64,000 nucleotides of DNA from an uncultured Gemmatimonadales bacterium (GTDB lineage: Bacteria > Gemmatimonadota > Gemmatimonadetes > Longimicrobiales > RSA9): NCBI GenBank assembly GCA_963708135.1, contig OY970192.1, positions 5,280,001 to 5,344,000 on the forward strand. Reading direction: 5' to 3'. Shown piece by piece: positions 56,268-64,000 of this stretch. The notes beneath the pieces were generated by a model. It saw only the letters and a program-made list of their open reading frames with translations. It searched no databases and was not told the origin of the DNA. How positions within the stretch are numbered: the first letter of the stretch is position 1; every line of letters begins with the position of its first letter. Both the position numbers and the translations under genes were made by a program.

Positions 56268-57389
56268 GTGCTCGAGAGCATCCTCGGCGTCCGGCTGGTC
56301 CTGCTCATCGGCAGGAGCGTCCCGCTGCCCGCGTCGTACGACGTGACCAACGCGCTATCCAGCGTCGAGGTGCACAACGACACCGGCGGCGATGGTGACG
56401 GCTTCCAGCTCACGTTCACGCTCGGCAAGGACAAGGGGGTCGAGTACGGCCTCCTCGCCAGCGGGGCGCTCGACCCGTTCAGCCGCGTGATCCTCGGCGT
56501 GCTGCTCGGCGCCACGCCGGAGGTGCTGATCGACGGCATCATCACGCACCACGAGGTCACGCCCAGCGACACGCCCGGCGGCTCGACGCTCACCGTGAGC
56601 GGCCGCGACGTGAGCATCATGCTCGACCTCGAGGAGAAGGACGAGCCGTACCCGAATCAGCCCGACTTCGTCATCGTGAACCGCCTGCTCGCGAGCTACC
56701 TGCAGTACGGCATCGTGCCCGCCGTCCTGCCCACGACGGATGTGCCGATCATGCTCCAGCGCATCCCGCGCCAGTCGGAGACGGACCTGCGCTTCATCGA
56801 GCGCATGGCGCAGCGCAACGGCTACGTCTTCTACATCGAGCCGCTCACCTTCGGCGCGAGCACCGCCTATTTCGGCCCGGAGAACCGCCTCTCGCTGCCG
56901 CAGCCCGCGCTCTCGCAGAACCTCGGCGACGCCACCAACGTGCGCCGCCTCGGCTTCACCAACGATGCGCTGGCGCCGGTGTCCACGTCCGGCACCATGC
57001 TCGAGCCGATCACCAAGACGGCGATCCCGGTGCCCTCGCTGCCGAGCCTGCGCGTGCCGCCCCTGTCCGCGAGGCCCGTCGAGGCGAGGCGGAAGGTGCG
57101 CCTGCGCCAGGCGGCCAACCAGAGCCCCGCGCAGGCCGCGGCCGGCGCCATCGCGCGCGTCAGCAACGCGCCCGACGCGGTGACCGGCACCGGCGAGCTC
57201 GAGAGCGTGCGCTACGGCCACGTGCTGCGCGCCCGCCGGCTGGTGGGGGTGCGGGGCGCGGGGCTCAGCTACGACGGGTTCTACTACGTGCGGCGCGTCA
57301 GTCATCAGATCCAGCGCGGCAGCTACACGCAGAGCTTCACCCTCAGCCGTGAAGGGACGATGACGCTGACGCCGGTGGTGGTGCCGTGA
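56268..57389 (+). CDS. Baseplate hub protein (gp27/GpD-like; N-half of a split VgrG/Afp8)
   Basis: LIDGII, LTVSGRD, QSETDL.FI..MAQRNG and GFYYVRRVSHQI....YTQSF. Confidence 0.75.
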   Translation: MLESILGVRLVLLIGRSVPLPASYDVTNALSSVEVHNDTGGDGDGFQLTFTLGKDKGVEYGLLASGALDPFSRVILGVLLGATPEVLIDGIITHHEVTPSDTPGGSTLTVSGRDVSIMLDLEEKDEPYPNQPDFVIVNRLLASYLQYGIVPAVLPTTDVPIMLQRIPRQSETDLRFIERMAQRNGYVFYIEPLTFGASTAYFGPENRLSLPQPALSQNLGDATNVRRLGFTNDALAPVSTSGTMLEPITKTAIPVPSLPSLRVPPLSARPVEARRKVRLRQAANQSPAQAAAGAIARVSNAPDAVTGTGELESVRYGHVLRARRLVGVRGAGLSYDGFYYVRRVSHQIQRGSYTQSFTLSREGTMTLTPVVVP

Positions 57390-57886
57390 GCGGGCCGTTC
57401 TGGGGCAAGTACCGCGGCACCGTGACGAGCATCTCGGACCCGCTGATGGTCGGGCGCATCCAGGCGCAGGTGCCGGACGTGCTCGGCGACCAGGACTCCG
57501 GCTGGGCCATGCCGTGCGCGCCCTTCGGCGGCTCGGGCATGGGTTTCTTCGCGCTGCCGGCGGTGGGCGGCGGCGTGTGGATCGAGTTCGAGCACGGCGA
57601 CCCGGACTACCCGATCTGGGTCGGCTCGTGGTTCGGCTCCGTGGCCGAGGTGCCGCCCATCCTCCTCGCGCCGCCGTACAGGAAGCTGCTGATCAAGACC
57701 GAAGGCGGGAACAGCATCCTGCTCGATGACACGCCCGGCATCGGCGGCATCACGCTCGAGACCGCGTCCGGCCAGAAGGTCTCGCTCACGCCGCTCGGCA
57801 TCGAGATCGACAACGGGCTGGGCGGCAAGATCACCATGCAGGGGCCGCAGGTCTCCGTGAACGAGGGCGCGCTGGAGGTGGTGTGA
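57386..57886 (+). CDS. Phage baseplate assembly protein V / gp5 OB-fold spike
   Basis: GKYRGTV...DP...GRIQAQVP...WAMPC...P.VG.GVWIEFEHGDPDYPIW.G. Confidence 0.9.
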   Translation: MSGPFWGKYRGTVTSISDPLMVGRIQAQVPDVLGDQDSGWAMPCAPFGGSGMGFFALPAVGGGVWIEFEHGDPDYPIWVGSWFGSVAEVPPILLAPPYRKLLIKTEGGNSILLDDTPGIGGITLETASGQKVSLTPLGIEIDNGLGGKITMQGPQVSVNEGALEVV

Positions 57887-58206
57887 TGCCCGGCTTCGTG
57901 CTGCATCAGGGCGCCGTGGTGAGCTGCATGCACGCCGGGCCCGCCATGCCCACGGCGCCGAACCCGCGCGTCCGTGTCGGCGGCCAGCCCGTGGCCACCG
58001 CCGGCGCGCCGTGGATCGTGACCGGCTGCCCGTTCGTGCCCCCCGGCGGCACCGGCCCGTGCGTGACCGCGCAGTTCATCACCTTCGCGGGGCGGGTGCG
58101 CGCCGGCGGCATGCCCGTGCTGCTCCAGGACAGCCAGGCGACGTGCGTCCCGACCGGCACCGGCGTGCTCGTGCTCATGACCCAGCTCCGGGTGCGCGCG
58201 CAATGA
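57883..58206 (+). CDS. PAAR-like spike tip protein
   Basis: GAVVSCMH.G, RVRVGGQPV, GCPF, PCVTA and RVRAGGMPVL. Confidence 0.75.
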   Translation: MMPGFVLHQGAVVSCMHAGPAMPTAPNPRVRVGGQPVATAGAPWIVTGCPFVPPGGTGPCVTAQFITFAGRVRAGGMPVLLQDSQATCVPTGTGVLVLMTQLRVRAQ

Positions 58207-58565
58207 CGCACCTCACCTTCCCCTACCGGATCGACGCGCGCGGCCGCTCCGCCGAGGCCGGCGACGAGGACTGGATCCGCGACCTCATCGAGCAGGTGCT
58301 CTTCACCGCGCCCGGGGAGCGCGTGAACCGGCCCACGTTCGGCTGTGGCCTGCTGCGCGCGGTGTTCGCGCCCAACAGCGATGCGCTCGCCACCACCGCG
58401 CAGCTCTCCGTGCAGAGCTCGCTCCAGCAGTGGCTCGGCGAGCTGATCGTCGTCGAGGCCGTGACCGTGCGCCACCAGGACGCCGCGCTCGAGGTGAGCG
58501 TGCAGTACTCGAGCCGCCGCACCCAGGAGCGCCAGGTGGCCCTCTTCAACCGGCCCGCGCCATGA
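58203..58565 (+). CDS. gp25/GPW-family baseplate protein (Afp9-like)
   Basis: FPYRID...IEQVLFTAPGERVNRPTFGCGL. Confidence 0.92.
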   Translation: MTHLTFPYRIDARGRSAEAGDEDWIRDLIEQVLFTAPGERVNRPTFGCGLLRAVFAPNSDALATTAQLSVQSSLQQWLGELIVVEAVTVRHQDAALEVSVQYSSRRTQERQVALFNRPAP

Positions 58566-61060
58566 GCCTCGTCTTCCGCTGCTGCGACGACGAGCGCCGC
58601 GCGGCCGTGGCGCGCCACGGCACGCTGAACGGCATCGACTGGCTCGAGGTCGTCGATCACGACGCGCCCGTGGAGGCCGACCGCCAGCGCTTCCTGCGCG
58701 TCCACTTCATCAAGGCGCCCGGCGGGCTCGCGGTCGCGCCGGCCAACGTGAGGATCGCCGGCGGCGAGCGCATCCGCGACGTCGCCGTGGTGGGCACCTC
58801 CTTCGATGGCGACGTCCTCGTGGTCGAGGTCGCCGTGCCCGGAGATTTCTCGCAGTACACGCTGCGCCTGGTGGATGCGACCGACGCGACGCAGCCGCTC
58901 GCCGGCATGGACCCGGTGCTGGCGGCGATCGGCTTCTCGTTCAAGGTCGAGTGCGAGAGCCCCTTCGATTGCCCGCGGCCGGCGCAGTGCCCGCCCGAGC
59001 CGATGGCCGGACCCGAGATCGACTACCTCGCCCGCGACTTCCCCGCGTTGCGCCAGCTCGTGCTCGACCGGCTCAGCACGATCTACCCCGCGTGGACCGA
59101 CCGGAACCCCGCCGACCTCGGCGTCGCGCTGGTCGAGCTCCTCGCCTACGTCGGCGACCGGCTCGGCTACGAGCAGGACGCCATCGCGACCGAGGCGTAC
59201 ATCGGTAGCGCGCGCCGGCGCGTCTCCGTGCGCCGCCACGCCCGCCTCATCGACTACCGCATGCACGACGGCTGCAACGCGCGCACGTGGCTGCACGTCG
59301 AGGCCGGCGCCGACGGCGTGGCGCTGGCGCGCGGCACGCGCTGCCTGACCGCGCTGTCGCACACGCCGCCCCGCCTGCCGCCGACCGCGCTCGCCGACCT
59401 GCTCGCGCGCCGGCCGAAGCCGCTCGTCTTCGAGACCATGCACGGCGCTCGGCTGTTCACCGACCAGAACGAGATGCGCTTCTACACCTGGGGCGGCACG
59501 CGCTGCTGCCTGCCGCGCGGCGCGACGCGCGCCACGCTCGCCGGGCACGTGACGAGCCTCACGCTCGCGGAGCCGGACGAGCTGGTGCTCGTGCTCGAGG
59601 AGGTGAAGGGCGCGGCCACCGGCGACCCCGAGGACGCGGACCCGACGCGCCGCTGGGCCGTGCGGCTCACGCGCGTCACGCTGGCGGAGGACCCGCTCGG
59701 CGGCCAGCTCGAGGCCGACCCGCTGCTGCGCAGCGACGCGCCCGTCGAGATCACCGAGATCGAGTGGCGCGCCGAGGACGCGCTCCCCTTCCCGCTGTGC
59801 GTCAGCGCCGAGAGCGACGGCACGCTCGTCAAGGACGTCGCGGTGGCGAGAGGCAACATCGTGCTCGCGGACCACGGCCTCACCGGCGCGCCGGTCGACC
59901 TCGATCCCCGGGTGCCCGCGGCGCGCGTGGCGGTCGCGGTGGGCGGCGTCGCCTTCTGCGAGGAGCCGCCCCGCACCCTCCTCCCCCAACGCTTCACGCC
60001 GGCGCTGCCGGCGCTGCCCCTGACCATGGCCGCGCCGTACGACCACGAGGACCCGCCGCCCGCGAGCGCCACGCTGCGCCAGGACCCGGCCGCCGCGCTC
60101 GGCGAGATCACGCTGCGCACCGGCGCCGATCCGCTGCTCCCGGTCTGGCGCCCCGTCGCCGACCTGCTCGCGGCCGGCGCCACCAGCGAGGCGTTCGCCA
60201 TCGAGCTCGAGGAGGGTGGCACCACCACCCTGCGCTTCGGCGACGGTGTGCACGGCCGGCGCCCTCCCGATGGCGTAGCGTTCGCGGCGACGTACCGCGC
60301 GGGGACCGGGGGCGGCGGCAATGTCGGCGCGGAGTCGATCGCCCACATCCTGAGCGCGGACTCCGGCGTCCTCGGCGTGCGCAACCCGCTTCCCGCCGTG
60401 GGCGGCACCGAGCCGGAGTCGAAGGAGCACGCGCGCGTGCTGGCGCCGGCGGCGTTCCGCACGCGCGAGCGGGCGGTCACGCCGGCCGACTACGCGGACG
60501 CGGCGCAGGGCGCCGGCGGCATCCAGCGCGCGCGCGCCACTCCGCGCTGGACGGGGAGCTGGCTGACCATGGCGGTGACGGTCAACCCGGAGGGCGGCGA
60601 GGTGCTGGAGTCGGGCGTCCGCGAGGGCGTCGCGCGGCGGCTCGAGCGCTACCGGATGGCGGCCGTCAACGTCGAGGTCCGCGAGCCGCGCTACGTGCCG
60701 CTCGAGATCGCGCTCACCATCTGCGTCGACGCGGACCACGTGCGCGCCGACGTCGAGCAGGCGCTCGTCCAGCGGCTCGGCAGCGGACGGCTGCCCGACG
60801 GCAGCCGCGCACTCTTCCACCCGGACAACTTCACGTTCGGCCAGCCGATCTGGCTGAGCCAGGTCTACGCCGCGGCCCGCAGCGTCGCCGGTGTGGCGTC
60901 CGTCGATATCACCGCGTTCCGCCGCCAGGGCGACGGCGGCACCGCCGACCTCGACGCGGGCCGCATCAGGCTCGGCTCCCTCGAGCTGCCGCGCCTCGCC
61001 AACGACCCCAGCTTCCCGGAGCGCGGCGCTCTCCAGCTGACCATGCAGGGGGGCAAGTGA
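58562..61060 (+). CDS. Baseplate J/gp6-like protein 1 (Afp11-like)
   Basis: IDYLARDF..LRQ, DLGVALVELLAYVGD, LRFGDGVHG, RAVTPADY and FTFGQ. Confidence 0.88.
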   Translation: MSLVFRCCDDERRAAVARHGTLNGIDWLEVVDHDAPVEADRQRFLRVHFIKAPGGLAVAPANVRIAGGERIRDVAVVGTSFDGDVLVVEVAVPGDFSQYTLRLVDATDATQPLAGMDPVLAAIGFSFKVECESPFDCPRPAQCPPEPMAGPEIDYLARDFPALRQLVLDRLSTIYPAWTDRNPADLGVALVELLAYVGDRLGYEQDAIATEAYIGSARRRVSVRRHARLIDYRMHDGCNARTWLHVEAGADGVALARGTRCLTALSHTPPRLPPTALADLLARRPKPLVFETMHGARLFTDQNEMRFYTWGGTRCCLPRGATRATLAGHVTSLTLAEPDELVLVLEEVKGAATGDPEDADPTRRWAVRLTRVTLAEDPLGGQLEADPLLRSDAPVEITEIEWRAEDALPFPLCVSAESDGTLVKDVAVARGNIVLADHGLTGAPVDLDPRVPAARVAVAVGGVAFCEEPPRTLLPQRFTPALPALPLTMAAPYDHEDPPPASATLRQDPAAALGEITLRTGADPLLPVWRPVADLLAAGATSEAFAIELEEGGTTTLRFGDGVHGRRPPDGVAFAATYRAGTGGGGNVGAESIAHILSADSGVLGVRNPLPAVGGTEPESKEHARVLAPAAFRTRERAVTPADYADAAQGAGGIQRARATPRWTGSWLTMAVTVNPEGGEVLESGVREGVARRLERYRMAAVNVEVREPRYVPLEIALTICVDADHVRADVEQALVQRLGSGRLPDGSRALFHPDNFTFGQPIWLSQVYAAARSVAGVASVDITAFRRQGDGGTADLDAGRIRLGSLELPRLANDPSFPERGALQLTMQGGK

Positions 61061-63516
61061 GCGCCGGCCCCGCCACCTGCGGCTGCTGCGGCGGCCTCGC
61101 CCTCTCGACGCCCCTGCCGATCGAGAACCGCCCCGGCCTCTCCGCCGTGGCGTATCGCATCGGCACGCACCCCGCCTTCAAGGCCAGCCTGCTGGCGCGC
61201 CTCGCCGAGTCCGACCACCCGGCGCTCCAGCGCCTCGCCACGCGCGAGGACGACGACTTCGCCATCGCGCTGTGCGACGGCTGGGCCACGATCGCCAATG
61301 TGCTCACCTTCTACCAGGAGCGCATCGCCAACGAGAGCTGGCTGCGCACCGCCACCGAGCGTCGCTCCGTCCGCGAGCTCGCCCGCCTCATCGACTACGC
61401 GCTGCGCCCCGGCGTCGCGGCGAGCACCACCCTCGCCTTCACCATCGAGAGCGCCGCCGGCGCGCCCGAGGAGACGCTCGTCCCGCGCGGCACGAAGATC
61501 ATGAGCGTGCCCGGTCCCGGCGAGGTGCCGCAGACGTTCGAGACGACGGCGGACCTCACCGCGCGCGGCGCGTGGAACCTGCTCCGCGCCCTCAGCACCA
61601 GACCCGGCGAGATCGCGGCCGGTGACGTAACCGCCGCCATCGCCGGCGTCGGCACCGGCCTCGCCGTCGGCGACCGCGTGCTCTTCCTCGGCGCCGGCCG
61701 GCAGGCCAGCGCCACCAGCAGCGACTGGCAGGTCCGCACGCTGACCGACGTCCACGTCGACCGCGACCTCGGCCAGACCATCCTCACGTGGGCCGACCCG
61801 CTCCCCGCGCTCGCTGCGCCGGTCGAGGTCCGCCCGCTCGCCGTGCGCAGCGGCCTCTTCGGCGCCGCCGCGCCGGACCCGCGCAGCCTCGCCGAGCAGA
61901 CGCACACCGCCTACGCCGCCGACATCGTGTCTTCCCCCGCCGGCGCGCCGCTCGACTGGACGTTCGCGCTCGACTCGCCGCACATCTACCTCGACACCGC
62001 GCTGCCCTCCATCCTCGCCGGCGCGCGGGTGCTGCTCGAGAACGAGGGCGGCACCACCCGCCTCTACGACGTAACCGCCGCGCGCACGCTGGGCCGCAGC
62101 GCGTACACGCTCTCGCTGCGCGCGACGCGCCTCTCCGTCACGCCGGCCACCGACCTCGACCTCTACCACGGCACGGACCTGCGCGGCTCGAGCGCCTTCG
62201 TCGCCGGCGCCGCGCTGCCGCTCGCGCAGCTGCCGCGCACCGATCCGGCGGAGCTGAGTGCGATCGTGCTCGACCGCGTCGTCGATCTCCCCGTCGGGCG
62301 GCTGCTCCTCGTGCAGGGGACCGACGCGGCCACGGGCGAGGAGGCCGGCGAGACGGTGACCCTGCAGGCGGTCGAGCCGTGGGGCGCCACGTCCAGGATC
62401 CTGCTCGCGTCCAACCTGAGGCACGCCTACCTGCCGCAGACGGTCACGATCCTCGGCAACGTCGCGCCCGCCACGCACGGCGAGACGGTGCGCGAGGCCG
62501 TCGGCGGCGGCGATGCATCGAAGCCGTTTCAGCGCATGCGCCTCAGGCAGGCGCCACTGACCTACGTGCCCGCCCGCACGGCGAGCGGCGCCGCGTCCAC
62601 GCTCGAGCTGCGCGTGAACGGGCTGCTGTGGAAGGAGGTGCGCTCGCTGTACGAGGCCGGCCCGCGCGACCGCGTCTACACCGCGCGCCAGCAGGAGGAC
62701 GGCTCGACCGTCGTCGAGTTCGGTGATGGGGTGAACGGCGCGCGCCCGCCGACGGGGCGCGAGAACGTGACGGCGGCGTACCGGAAGGGGACGGGCCTCG
62801 ATGGGCTGCTCGCGTCCGGGCAGCTCAGCCAGCTCATCACGCGGCCGCTCGGCGCGAAGGCCGTGGCCAACCCGTTCGCCACCGAGGGCGCCGAGGCGCC
62901 CGAGACCGTGGCTGCCGCGCGCGCCAACTGCACGCTCACCATCCACACCCTCGACCGCGTCGTCTCGCTCCAGGACTACGAGGACTTCGCGCGCGCCTAT
63001 GGCGGCATCGCCAAGGCGCTGGCCACCTGGTTCTGGAACGGCAAGCGACGCGGCGTGTTCCTGACCGTCGCGGGCGCCGACGGCCAGGCGATCGGTGACG
63101 GCGCGGAGCTGCGCGCCAACCTCATCGGCGCGCTGCGCGACGCCGGCGACCCGCGCGTGCCCGTCGACGTCCGGAGCTACGTCGACCGCCGCTTCGGCGC
63201 GCGCATCACCGTGGCCACCGCCGCCGACCGCGTGCGCGAGACCGTGCTCGACGCCGTGCGCGCTGCCGTGCTCGAGCGCTTCGGCTTCGAGGCCCGCGCG
63301 CTCGGGCAGCCCGTCACCATCGACGGCGTGCTCGCCGCCGTGCAGCGGGTCAACGGCGTCGTCGCGGCGAACATCACGCGCCTGAATTACGGCGCGCTCC
63401 CTGACATCGCGCCCCGCCTCGTCGCGGCCGGCCCCATCGTGAGCGGCGGCACGCCGACGGGCGCCGAGCTGCTGAGCGTCAACCCCGCGGCCTTCGAGCT
63501 GGGGGACCTGGCATGA
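61057..63516 (+). CDS. Baseplate J/gp6-like protein 2 (Afp11/12-like)
   Basis: LTFYQERIANE.WLRTATE, GNVAPATHGET, FGDGVNGARPPTG and RVVSLQDYEDFARA. Confidence 0.88.
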   Translation: MSAGPATCGCCGGLALSTPLPIENRPGLSAVAYRIGTHPAFKASLLARLAESDHPALQRLATREDDDFAIALCDGWATIANVLTFYQERIANESWLRTATERRSVRELARLIDYALRPGVAASTTLAFTIESAAGAPEETLVPRGTKIMSVPGPGEVPQTFETTADLTARGAWNLLRALSTRPGEIAAGDVTAAIAGVGTGLAVGDRVLFLGAGRQASATSSDWQVRTLTDVHVDRDLGQTILTWADPLPALAAPVEVRPLAVRSGLFGAAAPDPRSLAEQTHTAYAADIVSSPAGAPLDWTFALDSPHIYLDTALPSILAGARVLLENEGGTTRLYDVTAARTLGRSAYTLSLRATRLSVTPATDLDLYHGTDLRGSSAFVAGAALPLAQLPRTDPAELSAIVLDRVVDLPVGRLLLVQGTDAATGEEAGETVTLQAVEPWGATSRILLASNLRHAYLPQTVTILGNVAPATHGETVREAVGGGDASKPFQRMRLRQAPLTYVPARTASGAASTLELRVNGLLWKEVRSLYEAGPRDRVYTARQQEDGSTVVEFGDGVNGARPPTGRENVTAAYRKGTGLDGLLASGQLSQLITRPLGAKAVANPFATEGAEAPETVAAARANCTLTIHTLDRVVSLQDYEDFARAYGGIAKALATWFWNGKRRGVFLTVAGADGQAIGDGAELRANLIGALRDAGDPRVPVDVRSYVDRRFGARITVATAADRVRETVLDAVRAAVLERFGFEARALGQPVTIDGVLAAVQRVNGVVAANITRLNYGALPDIAPRLVAAGPIVSGGTPTGAELLSVNPAAFELGDLA

Positions 63517-64000
63517 CGACCTTCGACCGCGAGCGCCTGCTCACGCTGCTCCCTGCCGTCTACCGTCTGCGCGACGCGGAGCAGGACGGCTACGACCCGC
63601 TGCGCGGCGGGCCGCTCGAGGCGCTGCTCGGCATCCTGGCGGAGGAGATCGCGGGCGTCGAGGAGAACATCGCGCAGCTCTACGACGACCAGTTCATCGA
63701 GACGTGCGCCGACTGGGTCGTGCCCTACATCGGCGACCTCGTCGGGGACCGCACGCTGCCCCTCGCGAGCGCCGCCACCCGCTTCGGGACCGCGCGCGCC
63801 GAGGTGGCCAACACCATCCGCTACCGCCGCGCCAAGGGTACCGCCGCGATCCTCGAGCTGCTCGCCCGCGACGTGACCGGCTGGCCTGCGCACCTCGTCG
63901 AGTACTTCCGGCTGCTCGTCACGACCCAGCACCTGAACCACGTGCGCCCCGCCGTCATCGCGCCCGACCTGCGCCGCAGCCCGGACATCGAGCGCATCGG
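63513..64000 (+). CDS. Baseplate wedge / phage tail protein I-like, truncated by window end
   Basis: MTTFDRERLLTLLPAVYRLRD...QLYDDQFIETCADWVVPYIGDLVG...RAEVANTIRYRRAKGT. Confidence 0.8.
   Translation, partial: MTTFDRERLLTLLPAVYRLRDAEQDGYDPLRGGPLEALLGILAEEIAGVEENIAQLYDDQFIETCADWVVPYIGDLVGDRTLPLASAATRFGTARAEVANTIRYRRAKGTAAILELLARDVTGWPAHLVEYFRLLVTTQHLNHVRPAVIAPDLRRSPDIERI

Larger units (their letters stand above)
43819..64000 (+). other. Extracellular contractile injection system (eCIS, Afp/PVC-like) gene cluster, incomplete at 3' end
   Basis: Sheath, tube, DUF4255, Afp15 ATPase, DUF4157, LysM, hub, spike, PAAR-like, gp25 and two baseplate-J genes. No capsid, terminase or T6SS membrane genes in view. 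Confidence 0.92.

Noticed and set aside
43819..64000. Prophage or T6SS interpretation of the tail genes
   Set aside because: No capsid, portal, terminase, integrase, TssJLM or ClpV in view; DUF4255, Afp15-type ATPase and DUF4157 point to eCIS.

Overview
High-GC bacterial window. The ADOP permease with PadR, the MoxR/vWA/DUF4159/DUF4175 cluster and the short intergenic repeats suggest Gemmatimonadota or Acidobacteriota; this is an inference. 1-7 kb holds metabolic genes (GNAT fragment, glutathionyl-hydroquinone reductase, amidase, APH-like kinase, deaminase, bactofilin pair, GH99 lipoprotein). 7.3-21.9 kb is an eight-gene MoxR AAA+/vWA operon. 22-43 kb is an accessory region with a Fic gene plus a decayed partial copy, Old Yellow Enzyme, PadR-ADOP, a VOC protein, an ArsR-rhodanese regulator, two type II TA modules, cyclase, amidohydrolase, a NarL-linked small-protein cluster and several pseudogenes. 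From 43.8 kb to the window end is an extracellular contractile injection system (eCIS; Afp/PVC-like) with no head genes. Best leads: (1) an ArsM-like methyltransferase whose in-frame TGA sits at the conserved Cys position and is followed by a SECIS-like hairpin, so a likely hidden selenoprotein; (2) three candidate eCIS cargo genes sharing L(Q/R)R motifs, including a JAB/MPN-motif protein and a DUF4157 + beta-barrel-like + OmpA-like fusion; (3) 7-2-7 TAG..CTA boxes linking NarL regulators to the eCIS promoter; (4) an RBS-sequestering structured leader; (5) a ~143-bp palindromic element at the breakpoint of a truncated persulfide dioxygenase gene. All family calls come from motif recognition by eye; no database searches were run.
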